Shown piece by piece: positions 19,051 through 27,001 of a stretch of DNA of 64,000 bases (positions within the stretch are counted from its first letter, which is position 1; the number at the start of each line of letters is the position of its first letter). Below the pieces are notes generated by a model. The model saw only the letters and a program-made list of their open reading frames with translations, was not told the origin of the DNA and ran no database searches. The stretch is taken from the IMG/VR virus record IMGVR_UViG_3300044972_001024; one strand, given 5' to 3'. The translations under genes were made by a program, and so were the position numbers. Source of the DNA: an uncultured virus (IMG/VR IMGVR_UViG_3300044972_001024). Lineage: Duplodnaviria > Heunggongvirae > Uroviricota > Caudoviricetes.

Positions 19051-20316
19051 TCAATCAAAATATGCATGTGTCCCAAATGGAGGAACGATAGTGTCATTGC
19101 CATGAATAATCCAAGTTGTGTCTGTAAAATCTTCATCACCCCACGAACCAAATGGCATACCATCAGTAAATACAATTAATCGTTTGGTATCTTCGCCACG
19201 TTCTTTAAGATAATCAAAAATTACAGTAAAGTCAGTTCCACCACCACCCATAGGTTCATAATCACTCATAGTATCCAAGTTATCACTAGTAAAGGATTGA
19301 GGATTATAAATGTTAGTGTCAAAACAAAATACATGAATTTTGAAACCATCAAACATTTGCATCATTCCCGACACTTCACCGAGAAACATTTGAGCTTGTG
19401 TATTACTAATACTACCTGACATATCAATAGCAACAACAACATCAATTTCTTCACCCGGAGTTGTTCCAGGCATAATAGCATCTAAGTGCCAACCGCGACG
19501 ATTAGGACGAGAGAATGAATAATCAGTTTTAATAGATGATGTTAAATTAGTTTGAATTAATTCGCGCCATGGCATTTTTGGATTGGTGACATCATCCAAT
19601 AATCGTTTAACGCCAGCTGGTAATTGTCCGGCCTCAGCACCTTTGGCGGCATTAATAATGTTTTGTTTAATTTCTTGACGAAGAGCATCACGTTCTTCCT
19701 GAGTCATTGTCTTTGGACGTCCTTTACCTTCACCTTCACCATCCGAATCATCTTCAGAATCCATATGTTCATCTAACATCTTGTCAATAAGATCATCAAG
19801 ATTAATCTTAGTAACATCTTTCATTAAATCATCATAGATATATTCTGAATATTTACCATCATATTTTGCTTCATACAAACAGGGAACACTGGTAATAAAT
19901 TCACCAACTTTATGACGTTTCAAATCGGCATTGACTGCATAATCATTGGCAATGTTCCACATTTGTGGATCACGATTATCACGCCGACCCATATGATCAT
20001 ATACAACATGAAGTACTTCATGTCCAACAAGAAATTCAACTTCTTTTGGTTTTAATAAACAGATAAATTTACTATTGTAATAAAAATTACGTCCATCAGT
20101 AGCTGCCGTTGAACACCATTCATCTGCATTTATTAATTTAAGACGAGTAGCCAAATTACCAAAAAATGAATGACGAATCAACAAACCAACACGAGCAGTA
20201 ATCAATAGATCACGAGCACGGTCATCAATTTTTGAATCTGTAACACCAATAAGATTATCAAATTTATTAGTTTTGTTTTTACTTTTCTTTTTGGACTTAT
20301 TAATTACATCACTCAT
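19051..20316 (-). CDS. Metallopeptidase-like + vWA domain protein (MoxR partner)
   Basis: TAATDG, HEVLH, NIANDYAVN, DMSGS MIDAS, GGGGTDF, VFTDG; start corrected to 20316 (GGAG SD). Confidence 0.9.
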   Translation of the reverse strand: MSDVINKSKKKSKNKTNKFDNLIGVTDSKIDDRARDLLITARVGLLIRHSFFGNLATRLKLINADEWCSTAATDGRNFYYNSKFICLLKPKEVEFLVGHEVLHVVYDHMGRRDNRDPQMWNIANDYAVNADLKRHKVGEFITSVPCLYEAKYDGKYSEYIYDDLMKDVTKINLDDLIDKMLDEHMDSEDDSDGEGEGKGRPKTMTQEERDALRQEIKQNIINAAKGAEAGQLPAGVKRLLDDVTNPKMPWRELIQTNLTSSIKTDYSFSRPNRRGWHLDAIMPGTTPGEEIDVVVAIDMSGSISNTQAQMFLGEVSGMMQMFDGFKIHVFCFDTNIYNPQSFTSDNLDTMSDYEPMGGGGTDFTVIFDYLKERGEDTKRLIVFTDGMPFGSWGDEDFTDTTWIIHGNDTIVPPFGTHAYFD

Positions 20317-20338
20317 AAAATTCTCCAGTTTATATTGT

Positions 20339-20367
20339 ATTGTAACATATGATAGATTTATTGTCAA
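20339..20367 (-). promoter_or_regulatory. sigma70-type promoter
   Basis: TTGACA(ATAAAT)-17bp-TACAAT. Confidence 0.75.
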
Positions 20368-20371
20368 GTTT

Positions 20372-20400
20372 AAAAAAAGGATAATGAAAATTCATTATCC
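20372..20400 (-). terminator. Intrinsic terminator after AAA+ ATPase
   Basis: GGATAATGA-ATTT-TCATTATCC followed by T7. Confidence 0.7.
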
Positions 20401-20427
20401 CTTAAATGGCATCATCCATTTTAAATT

Positions 20428-21531
20428 TTACTTAACGGCATCCAATACATATTTACCAAACTTCTTGTGAAATTCCTCAAAATGTTTGAGTTTTGTTGGA
20501 TCCATATCCAAGTTATATGTCTTGAGAGCAATTTTGGCGCCCAAGATAACCAATTCAGTTTCAAAGTTGGTCATCATATAAGACAGAAAATTATCAAAAA
20601 TAGGATTGAAATCTTTGATCGATACTCGTTTATTATCAATCATGTCTTTCATTTCATAACACATACTAATGGTCAATGAATACATAGCCGATACTTCTTT
20701 AATATCTAATGTTGTTACGATGCCATTCAAAATATCGGATGGATTTGGAAGTTTACCTGAAATTTTACGATGAGCGGAAAATTTTGCGGCCAATCCCTCA
20801 CCTACACAACCAGCAACCAATGTAAATAATGTATCAGTATCACTATTGTCATCATAATCTTTCAAGATATCTGATACAAATACCCAACTACGAGGAGTAG
20901 CAAATGCATGACTAGAAGATTTTGCATCAAAATCGTACAAATCATTTTTGGCAAATGACAAATATGACACAACGTCTTTATGAATACCATTAAGAACTGC
21001 CCATGTTTGCCATGTATTAAAGTCAGACCGCATTTCAATATGTAAGAAACGATTGGCTAATGGCATTGGCATACGATAAGTAACACCCTTGTCTGATTCA
21101 CGATTACCACCGGCAATCAGATCAACATTAGATGGCAAGACATATTTACCAATTCGGCGATTCAAAATCAATTGATAGGCTGCCGCTTGAACCGTTGGCG
21201 GGGCACTATTCATTTCATCCATAAACAATACAATACGTTTATATTTACTAGCCATTTCTTCATCTGGCAATTCAATCGGAGGTGCCCAATCCATTTTTCC
21301 TAAATCTTTGTTATAAAACGGAATACCACGAATGTCGGTTGGTTCCATTTGAGCCATACGCAAATCAATCAAATGTCCGCCAAGTTCTTTAGTGATTTCT
21401 TCTACAATTTCTGATTTACCAATTCCTGGTGGACCCCAAATAAATGTTGGGCGTTTGGATTTAAATGATTGTAAAATTGCTTTACGTGCCTGTACAGCGG
21501 TTACTGTATACGATTCTGGTTTTGATGCCAT
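20428..21531 (-). CDS. MoxR-type AAA+ ATPase
   Basis: GPPGIGKS Walker A, LFMDE Walker B, AGGNR, LANRF, TPRSW. Confidence 0.92.
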   Translation of the reverse strand: MASKPESYTVTAVQARKAILQSFKSKRPTFIWGPPGIGKSEIVEEITKELGGHLIDLRMAQMEPTDIRGIPFYNKDLGKMDWAPPIELPDEEMASKYKRIVLFMDEMNSAPPTVQAAAYQLILNRRIGKYVLPSNVDLIAGGNRESDKGVTYRMPMPLANRFLHIEMRSDFNTWQTWAVLNGIHKDVVSYLSFAKNDLYDFDAKSSSHAFATPRSWVFVSDILKDYDDNSDTDTLFTLVAGCVGEGLAAKFSAHRKISGKLPNPSDILNGIVTTLDIKEVSAMYSLTISMCYEMKDMIDNKRVSIKDFNPIFDNFLSYMMTNFETELVILGAKIALKTYNLDMDPTKLKHFEEFHKKFGKYVLDAVK

Positions 21532-21566
21532 TTGGAAAACTCCGTTAAAATTAATATTGAAAAGAT

Positions 21567-21595
21567 AGTATAGACGATAATCGATTTATTGTCAA
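21567..21595 (-). promoter_or_regulatory. sigma70-type promoter
   Basis: TTGACA(ATAAAT)-17bp-TATACT. Confidence 0.8.
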
Positions 21596-21708
21596 GAAAT
21601 AATCTGAACAATACAATAAATCATAGGTCCGATTATTAAACTTTCAGCCACAAACATCAGTACTATAGTAACAATATCGTAACTGAGTTTTGCCGGATGA
21701 GATTTCAT
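21592..21708 (-). CDS. Small hydrophobic protein (38 aa)
   Basis: MKSHPAKLSYDIVTIVLMFVAESLIIGPMIYCIVQIIS; ATGA overlap with upstream gene. Confidence 0.4.
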   Translation of the reverse strand: MKSHPAKLSYDIVTIVLMFVAESLIIGPMIYCIVQIIS

Positions 21709-21935
21709 TTTTCCAATTTACCAATTAGAGTGTTTAATTTTTCTTGTACTTCACCAATTGTAAGAAAATACTTATACACTGTATGAGATATAATAGTTAG
21801 TGCCACAATCAATAAACTCATGGCAATTACCATTGGGGGTACATACATAATAATCAATGTAGTCACAAGTGAAGATACAATTGCAACACCGAATACTGCT
21901 AGAGTTTTTAAACCCGCTTTTACTTTTAAATTCAT
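21705..21935 (-). CDS. Two-TM membrane protein
   Basis: 76 aa, two hydrophobic helices, AAGGA SD. Confidence 0.7.
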   Translation of the reverse strand: MNLKVKAGLKTLAVFGVAIVSSLVTTLIIMYVPPMVIAMSLLIVALTIISHTVYKYFLTIGEVQEKLNTLIGKLEK

Positions 21936-21956
21936 AAATTTCCTTATTAAGTTAAA

Positions 21957-22400
21957 TTACCAACTTGCACGATAGTAAAAATCCCAATCCTTTTGATCGG
22001 ATGATAGAATCTTTTCTAAAAGTTCTTTTGTATATTCTAAATCTTGAATATAATATTCATCAATTTCGGTTGATCCGAAAAAGAATCCATCTGATGGAGG
22101 CAATAATTCGCCCGCAGTACTATTATCGGCTAACACAGTGTTTACCGTTTCTAACAATGATTCCATATTCTTACGAGTAAGATAAGTTTCTTGACATTCA
22201 TCAATTCCGTTTTGACAATTAGTCACAAACCATTTATGAATGGCATTAGCTTTTCGCCAATAACCAGCTTCCACCGACACTTCATTAACAGTGCCAAATG
22301 GACTACCAATAGAGACAGTAATTGATTCTCGCATTTCTTTAACTTCTTTGTTATATTCTGGCAAATAACGTTTTGCCGTCAAATACATATCTAAACCCAT
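21957..22400 (-). CDS. Phage hypothetical protein (MGLDMYL...YWRKANAIHKWF...GFFFG...Y.ASW type)
   Basis: Motif set typical of a widespread uncharacterised phage family. Confidence 0.8.
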   Translation of the reverse strand: MGLDMYLTAKRYLPEYNKEVKEMRESITVSIGSPFGTVNEVSVEAGYWRKANAIHKWFVTNCQNGIDECQETYLTRKNMESLLETVNTVLADNSTAGELLPPSDGFFFGSTEIDEYYIQDLEYTKELLEKILSSDQKDWDFYYRASW

Positions 22401-22402
22401 GA

Positions 22403-22684
22403 TTAATCCTCTACAGTTAACATTGAAGCTGGTACTCGGTAAATTCCAAGAGTGGTATTGACGATAACGTTTTTGACTTTGATGCCAGTAACATTACCCA
22501 AATATTTTCTACCACCACGATCAACAAAGCTGACTTTGGATCCAATAGTTAAACTATTCTTGGTAGTTTTGGCCAATTCAGTACGGCGAAATTTAATCGC
22601 CTGTGCAACATTATTCAATTCATCATTGGTCAAATCACCAAACATAATTGATCTGACCACTTCTGACAGAGTAGTATTACTCAT
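22403..22684 (-). CDS. Hypothetical protein, SH3/KOW-like C-terminus
   Basis: LTIGSKVSF...GNVTGIKVKNVIV...YRVPASML. Confidence 0.7.
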   Translation of the reverse strand: MSNTTLSEVVRSIMFGDLTNDELNNVAQAIKFRRTELAKTTKNSLTIGSKVSFVDRGGRKYLGNVTGIKVKNVIVNTTLGIYRVPASMLTVED

Positions 22685-22699
22685 TGACAATTCTCCCGA

Positions 22700-22888
22700 T
22701 TATAATACAAGAACGTAACTTTTGTTCAGTGCTTTTCTATCAGTACGAACAAGTTTAACCCCTCTACTAGCACAGGCAGTAGTAGGAATATCCATTTTAT
22801 ATGGCACTTCAAAAATAGTTCCAGATTTTGCAGTTAAAAACACATACATTTTTGGAGTGATTCGTTTGAGTGATTTAGGTTTACACAT
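22700..22888 (-). CDS. Hypothetical protein
   Basis: 62 aa, GGAGG SD. Confidence 0.6.
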   Translation of the reverse strand: MCKPKSLKRITPKMYVFLTAKSGTIFEVPYKMDIPTTACASRGVKLVRTDRKALNKSYVLVL

Positions 22889-22890
22889 TT

Positions 22891-23217
22891 TTATTCCTCC
22901 GAAACCAATTCATCTAACGAACGGCGAGTAACGCTATCAACTACTGATTGAGCAGATTGATACTGCCCATACTTACGAATACGTGATTCGCGATCAGTGC
23001 GACGAGTAACGAATACAACTTTTTGACCCTTGGCTTCCATGGCTTTCATGAACACGGTCATATCAGAATCTTCTTCAAGATAAACATATTCAGTACGTTG
23101 GTACGAGAAAGATGAAATCTTATTGGCAATACCCAATTTCTTGAGCATTTTCAGAGGGACACGTAACCAAGAATGACCCGGATCCACATAGTGTAACAAC
23201 TTAACGGCTTCTTTCAT
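22891..23217 (-). CDS. Hypothetical protein (DPGHSWL...YLEEDSD type)
   Basis: Start corrected to ATG 23217 behind AAGGA SD. Confidence 0.75.
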   Translation of the reverse strand: MKEAVKLLHYVDPGHSWLRVPLKMLKKLGIANKISSFSYQRTEYVYLEEDSDMTVFMKAMEAKGQKVVFVTRRTDRESRIRKYGQYQSAQSVVDSVTRRSLDELVSEE

Positions 23218-23248
23218 TTTTAATTCCTTTTTGTGAGTGTGTGTAATA

Positions 23249-23301
23249 ATTATAACTGAAATGGGATTTATTGTCAACAAATTTGTTGTAAAAATACAAC
23301 T
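23249..23301 (-). promoter_or_regulatory. sigma70 promoter with upstream 18-bp palindrome
   Basis: TTGACA-17bp-TATAAT (23249-23277); TGTTGTA-AAAA-TACAACT (23284-23301). Confidence 0.85.
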
Positions 23302-23671
23302 ACTGGTTATTTTTAAAATAACCGTATTCTACGCCGAGTAGAAAACAGAGATATTCCATATCCCCGCCGGCATCTTCCGCCTCACTGATCCAGCGAATAG
23401 CCATTGCACGATCTTTGGCACCCATGGTGAGTAATTCAGAAATACGAGCCTCCAACTTGCGAGCTTTGTAAGATTCTTCTTCTTTACGAGCAAGTGCGTT
23501 TGCCTTACAAACCTTGGCGAGTTCCTCAAATACCACTTCGAATTCTTCCACAGTCCAACTGGAAGTGTCCAGACGGGGGCGATACCCGTATGCGTCCTTA
23601 TAAAAATCAGAGTACTCGCAAGCGAGTTGTTCTAATTCTGACATTTCTTCCCAGCTTTTGAATTCGTTCAT
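23300..23671 (-). CDS. Hypothetical protein (YSDFYKDAYGYRPR type)
   Basis: Start corrected to ATG 23671. Confidence 0.75.
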   Translation of the reverse strand: MNEFKSWEEMSELEQLACEYSDFYKDAYGYRPRLDTSSWTVEEFEVVFEELAKVCKANALARKEEESYKARKLEARISELLTMGAKDRAMAIRWISEAEDAGGDMEYLCFLLGVEYGYFKNNQ

Positions 23672-23702
23672 TTTCGTATCCGTTTTCTCAGTGTATGTGT
23701 AT

Positions 23703-23756
23703 ATTATATCAGATAATGGATTTATTGTCAAATTATAATGTTGTATTAAAACAACA
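23703..23756 (-). promoter_or_regulatory. sigma70 promoter with upstream 18-bp palindrome
   Basis: TTGACA-17bp-TATAAT (23703-23731); TGTTGTA-TTAA-AACAACA (23739-23756). Confidence 0.85.
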
Positions 23757-23761
23757 GTATT

Positions 23762-23833
23762 TTAGAAAAAAAGTTTGATTAAAACGATCTGAATTACAGC
23801 ACAAATAGCGAGATAAACGATGATTTCTAACAT
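23762..23833 (-). CDS. 23-aa hydrophobic micro-protein
   Basis: MLEIIVYLAICAVIQIVLIKLFF; AAGGA SD; has its own promoter. Confidence 0.5.
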   Translation of the reverse strand: MLEIIVYLAICAVIQIVLIKLFF

Positions 23834-23863
23834 TTTTAGTTCCTTTTATCAGTGTATGTGATA

Positions 23864-23918
23864 ATTATATACTAATATTGATTAAATGTCAAGAGATTTT
23901 TGTTGTAATTTTACAACA
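23864..23918 (-). promoter_or_regulatory. sigma70 promoter with upstream 18-bp palindrome
   Basis: TTGACA-17bp-TATAAT (23864-23892); TGTTGTA-ATTT-TACAACA (23901-23918). Confidence 0.85.
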
Positions 23919-23921
23919 CTT

Positions 23922-24134
23922 TTAACGACAAATTTTAACGTTTCTATACGTTCTATTATATCTGTCCCATTGAGTAACCCACGTACAACGTGGTTGTATA
24001 TATACTGGACGTGGTACATATACTGGTTGTGGTTGATAATATACTGGTCGTGACTGATAATATGGATCATATGCCACGCAACCTGATAATAGAGTAATGA
24101 TTCCAAATATAACTGCCAATACAACTTTTTTCAT
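23922..24134 (-). CDS. Small Pro/Tyr-rich lipoprotein
   Basis: MKK + hydrophobic stretch + LSGC lipobox; PVY repeats. Confidence 0.7.
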   Translation of the reverse strand: MKKVVLAVIFGIITLLSGCVAYDPYYQSRPVYYQPQPVYVPRPVYIQPRCTWVTQWDRYNRTYRNVKICR

Positions 24135-24147
24135 GATTAGTATCCAA

Positions 24148-24300
24148 TTAATTGACTAAAGCCGGCCCACTTTGTAAATTGTCACCGTAGGTGTTTTTTA
24201 GTATTTGTAAGGCATTGTATGGGGTATCAGCCTGAATTGTAACTTTGATAAAGTTCCCAGTTCCAGCTTTTACAAATGCCCAATAAGTTTTCATTTCCAT
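24148..24300 (-). CDS. Hypothetical protein (50 aa, not in ORF track)
   Basis: MEMKTYWAFVKAGTGNFIKVTIQADTPYNALQILKNTYG...; GGAG SD; ATAAATA upstream. Confidence 0.6.
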   Translation of the reverse strand: MEMKTYWAFVKAGTGNFIKVTIQADTPYNALQILKNTYGDNLQSGPALVN

Positions 24301-24324
24301 GATGTCTTTCTCCATATGTATTTA

Positions 24325-24579
24325 TTACTGGCTTAAGATCAACATCAAGATCCATTTTTCTAGATTATTAATCGCTTGATTAATCTCACAAATTTGTGGT
24401 TCCAAATACTTAAAGTTATTGATTCTTCTGGCAGTAACTTCAGCTTTGTTTAATTCAACCACCATAACTGTAATATTATCTTTCATCTTGTAAAGATCAC
24501 TATTATAATTCATTGACTTCAATTGAGTTTTTAATTCTTGTTCAATTGCCCACCAATCAGCAGAAGTTTTTATTTCCAT
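24325..24579 (-). CDS. Hypothetical helical protein
   Basis: 84 aa; CTAAATA 7 nt upstream. Confidence 0.7.
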   Translation of the reverse strand: MEIKTSADWWAIEQELKTQLKSMNYNSDLYKMKDNITVMVVELNKAEVTARRINNFKYLEPQICEINQAINNLEKWILMLILSQ

Positions 24580-24597
24580 GATTAGATATTTAGTGTT

Positions 24598-24626
24598 AAT
24601 AAAATAGGGACCCGAAAGTCCCTATT
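24598..24626 (-). terminator. Intrinsic terminator ending the tmRNA precursor
   Basis: AATAGGGAC-TTTCGG-GTCCCTATT followed by TTATT. Confidence 0.85.
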
Positions 24627-24787
24627 GGTATTTTCTGTTACGAGGTATTTCCTACCCTAAGCAACTTTTTCAAGCGGCTAATGCCCAATTTTCATCGTTA
24701 GCATTTATTGGTTGTTTAGTTTTTACGTCTATCGCTGACGAGTTGTCCATTCCGTTACTTGTTGCCCAATCGAATCCTTTCAGCCCC
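24627..24787 (-). ncRNA. ssrA: tmRNA, coding piece of a permuted two-piece gene
   Basis: 5' GGGGCTGAAAGGATTCGA; ATAAAT-GCT resume site; tag ANDENWALAA-TGA at 24670-24702; stop codon in a hairpin loop. Confidence 0.93.
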
Positions 24788-24916
24788 ATCATAAAGAGAC
24801 TTTCTAATAGTGGCTAACATTTTATTAGCTTCTTTAAGCGACATTTTAGATACATCTTTTGTGTAATGTACTGTTCTGCCGTTTTCAAGCACTATAGTAT
24901 TGTCAATGTAATTCAT
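24755..24916 (-). CDS. Putative 53-aa protein encoded in the tmRNA intervening segment
   Basis: AAGGGA SD 4 nt before ATG; MNYIDNTIVLENGRTVHYTKDVSKMSLKEANKMLATIRKSLYDGAERIRLGNK. Confidence 0.45.
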   Translation of the reverse strand: MNYIDNTIVLENGRTVHYTKDVSKMSLKEANKMLATIRKSLYDGAERIRLGNK

Positions 24917-24928
24917 GTAATCCCTTTA

Positions 24929-25015
24929 TGGTGGAGCTGGCGGTATACGATAACCGCGTCTTGAACACTTTTCTCTTTACTTCTGTCCTGATTACTCAGG
25001 GTTTACAACAATTCT
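24929..25015 (-). ncRNA. ssrA: tmRNA, acceptor piece (upstream of coding piece; 5' end approximate)
   Basis: TGTTCAA-GAC-GCGGT-TATCGTAT-ACCGC-CAGCTCC-A-CCA; pairs with GGGGCTG giving G3:U70. Confidence 0.9.
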
Positions 25016-25141
25016 TTAAAATATGTCATCGCCCATACTTTTAATATCTTCATTATGATTAGACCAATCATAAGTTATAATTTTATAACATGTGTATCCA
25101 ATTATCGGAATCATAATCAATATGAGAAATAATTTATCCAT
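25016..25141 (-). CDS. Small single-TM protein (41 aa)
   Basis: MDKLFLILIMIPIIGYTCYKIITYDWSNHNEDIKSMGDDIF. Confidence 0.45.
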   Translation of the reverse strand: MDKLFLILIMIPIIGYTCYKIITYDWSNHNEDIKSMGDDIF

Positions 25142-25186
25142 TTAGTTCTGTATCCAAATACTGTCTGAAAATTGTAGTAGTCATTA

Positions 25187-25567
25187 TTAATCTTGAATTA
25201 AAACTCGTCTATAACAATTACAGTTACCATCAAATATTGTTTCGTAATGGTATCCGTAAGGAATCTGAGGATTAACGTATACAGGATCCGGCGCTACATA
25301 TACTGGGTCAGGTCTCGTGACACCATAAATCATGGAACCCACGATTGCTCCACCAATAAGTGCGGGAGCTATCCAATTATTATTATACCCACGATTGTAA
25401 TTATGATTATGACCACGATTATATCCATGATTATAATTATGATTATGATTATGACCACGATTATATCCATGATCCTGTGGGTGTTTACGTCCACGTCCAT
25501 CCGCTAATACTGAGGATGATAACAATAAACTTACGGTCAATAATACTAATTTTGATTTGATAAACAT
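25187..25567 (-). CDS. Exported/membrane protein with His/Asn/Tyr repeats
   Basis: Signal peptide ending VLA; HGYNRGHNHN repeats; glycine-rich hydrophobic helix; AAGGAG SD. Confidence 0.75.
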   Translation of the reverse strand: MFIKSKLVLLTVSLLLSSSVLADGRGRKHPQDHGYNRGHNHNHNYNHGYNRGHNHNYNRGYNNNWIAPALIGGAIVGSMIYGVTRPDPVYVAPDPVYVNPQIPYGYHYETIFDGNCNCYRRVLIQD

Positions 25568-25665
25568 ACGATCTCCTTTGATCGACTTTTAACTATAATA
25601 CTACTATTTATGTTTATAGTCAACTAAATTCGGATTAGATATATCTTTAATTGTTTCAATCTGTT

Positions 25666-26775
25666 TCAGTCTAAAAACTTAAAACTGTATGTTTTAACGT
25701 CCATTCTTCCGTTTCTACCTTTTCCTGACCATATGTTGTGTACGTTTCTACTGACATCTCGTAATTCCCATCGTTCATTTCTCTTTAATAAATTAGCCAT
25801 ACTAGCACTACTTAACTTAATTTGAACATCAAATCCTAATTCATGTTTCATATAATCAGCGGTAATATCAGTCATTCTACCACCTAATCCAAATCCACAA
25901 TAATCAGGATGAACTACAATTCTATTGGCATGCATTACCATTGGTATACCAGCATCTTTATGTTCTTGTTTCCACATAACATAATTACTATAGGCAATAA
26001 ATCCTATTTGAATATCTTCATGAAACAACCCAAACATATAGGTTTTTCCTGGTGGTAAACTATCACTTAGATAGTGATATTTGCTAAAGACTTTCCAACT
26101 TTTTGAGTCTGTAAGCTGTCTAATCCCAAAAACAAGCTCTTCGGATCTGGTATGCCTTGGACAAAGTAACCTCCGATCAATATAGTCTTGAGTATTACAG
26201 TCAATGATCCAATCTGGGTTAAGCCAGTCTACGATATCATAATGACAACTCAATAAAACTATTTGTTTACCTGTTTTTCTAGCATGTTTTTGAATACTAT
26301 GTGACATAGCTTTAGCCACTGAACGATCCACTACCGAAGTCCATTCATCAATAACAATAAACTGTCCATCTAATCTTGCCATTTGTAAGGCACATTCAGC
26401 CCTGGCTTGTTGACCATTACTTAGAGTTTTGGCTGGTGCAATCCATGTAACTGGTGATCCTAAACCAACTCCACTTAAGAATGATACGCGTTCATCATAA
26501 CTATAACTATCATCAAATTGACTGATAACAGCCTGATCCGGTTTCAATAATGTATCAAAACAATTATCACCCCAAATATGTTTGGCTAATGTGGTTTTAC
26601 CTGATCCACTATTACCAATAATCAGACCAATATTATATTGACTTTCAATATCAGCACGTATTTTGATATGATGTGTCAGTTTCTTTTCTACATCTAGGTC
26701 AACACTATTGGCTGCTTTAATAACGTAAAAGTCTTCTGGAGCATCACATTTAAGTGTTAATTCATAAGTTTGCAC
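25666..26775 (-). CDS. ABC-type ATPase fused to GNAT acetyltransferase
   Basis: GNSGSGKTT, LSNGQ, IVIDE, SCH; C-domain RIVVHPDYCGFGLG (acetyl-CoA motif A). Confidence 0.85.
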   Translation of the reverse strand: MQTYELTLKCDAPEDFYVIKAANSVDLDVEKKLTHHIKIRADIESQYNIGLIIGNSGSGKTTLAKHIWGDNCFDTLLKPDQAVISQFDDSYSYDERVSFLSGVGLGSPVTWIAPAKTLSNGQQARAECALQMARLDGQFIVIDEWTSVVDRSVAKAMSHSIQKHARKTGKQIVLLSCHYDIVDWLNPDWIIDCNTQDYIDRRLLCPRHTRSEELVFGIRQLTDSKSWKVFSKYHYLSDSLPPGKTYMFGLFHEDIQIGFIAYSNYVMWKQEHKDAGIPMVMHANRIVVHPDYCGFGLGGRMTDITADYMKHELGFDVQIKLSSASMANLLKRNERWELRDVSRNVHNIWSGKGRNGRMDVKTYSFKFLD

Positions 26776-26942
26776 TTGAATCCTCTTTCAGTAAGTTCTT
26801 CATATATCTTCTTAAGTTTCATTTCACCATCTTTAGTTCCTGGCAATTCTAGAATTAAGATATTTCTAACATCATCAACCACTTCTTTTTTCTTTTTTGG
26901 TGGTGGTAAACCAGTAAAATCAAAAATGTTTTCTTCGCTCAT
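26757..26942 (-). CDS. Small hypothetical protein, overlapping partner of ATPase-GNAT
   Basis: 61 aa; TTGACT-17bp-GATAAT promoter upstream. Confidence 0.6.
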   Translation of the reverse strand: MSEENIFDFTGLPPPKKKKEVVDDVRNILILELPGTKDGEMKLKKIYEELTERGFKCKLMN

Positions 26943-27001
26943 TTAATGATTATCTCATAATTATACATAACAGTCAAGAGATTTTGGATAAATACTATAT
27001 C

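Noticed and set aside
20317..23731. Shared MTIN-like N-termini of ORFs starting at 20367, 23280 and 23731
   Set aside because: Artefact of the ORF caller reading through the TTGACAATAAAT promoter element; true ATG starts lie downstream of the -10 box
24929..24965. Stand-alone tRNA-Ala or attachment-site fragment
   Set aside because: No D/anticodon arms; it pairs with the downstream GGGGCTG and is the tmRNA acceptor piece; no integrase nearby
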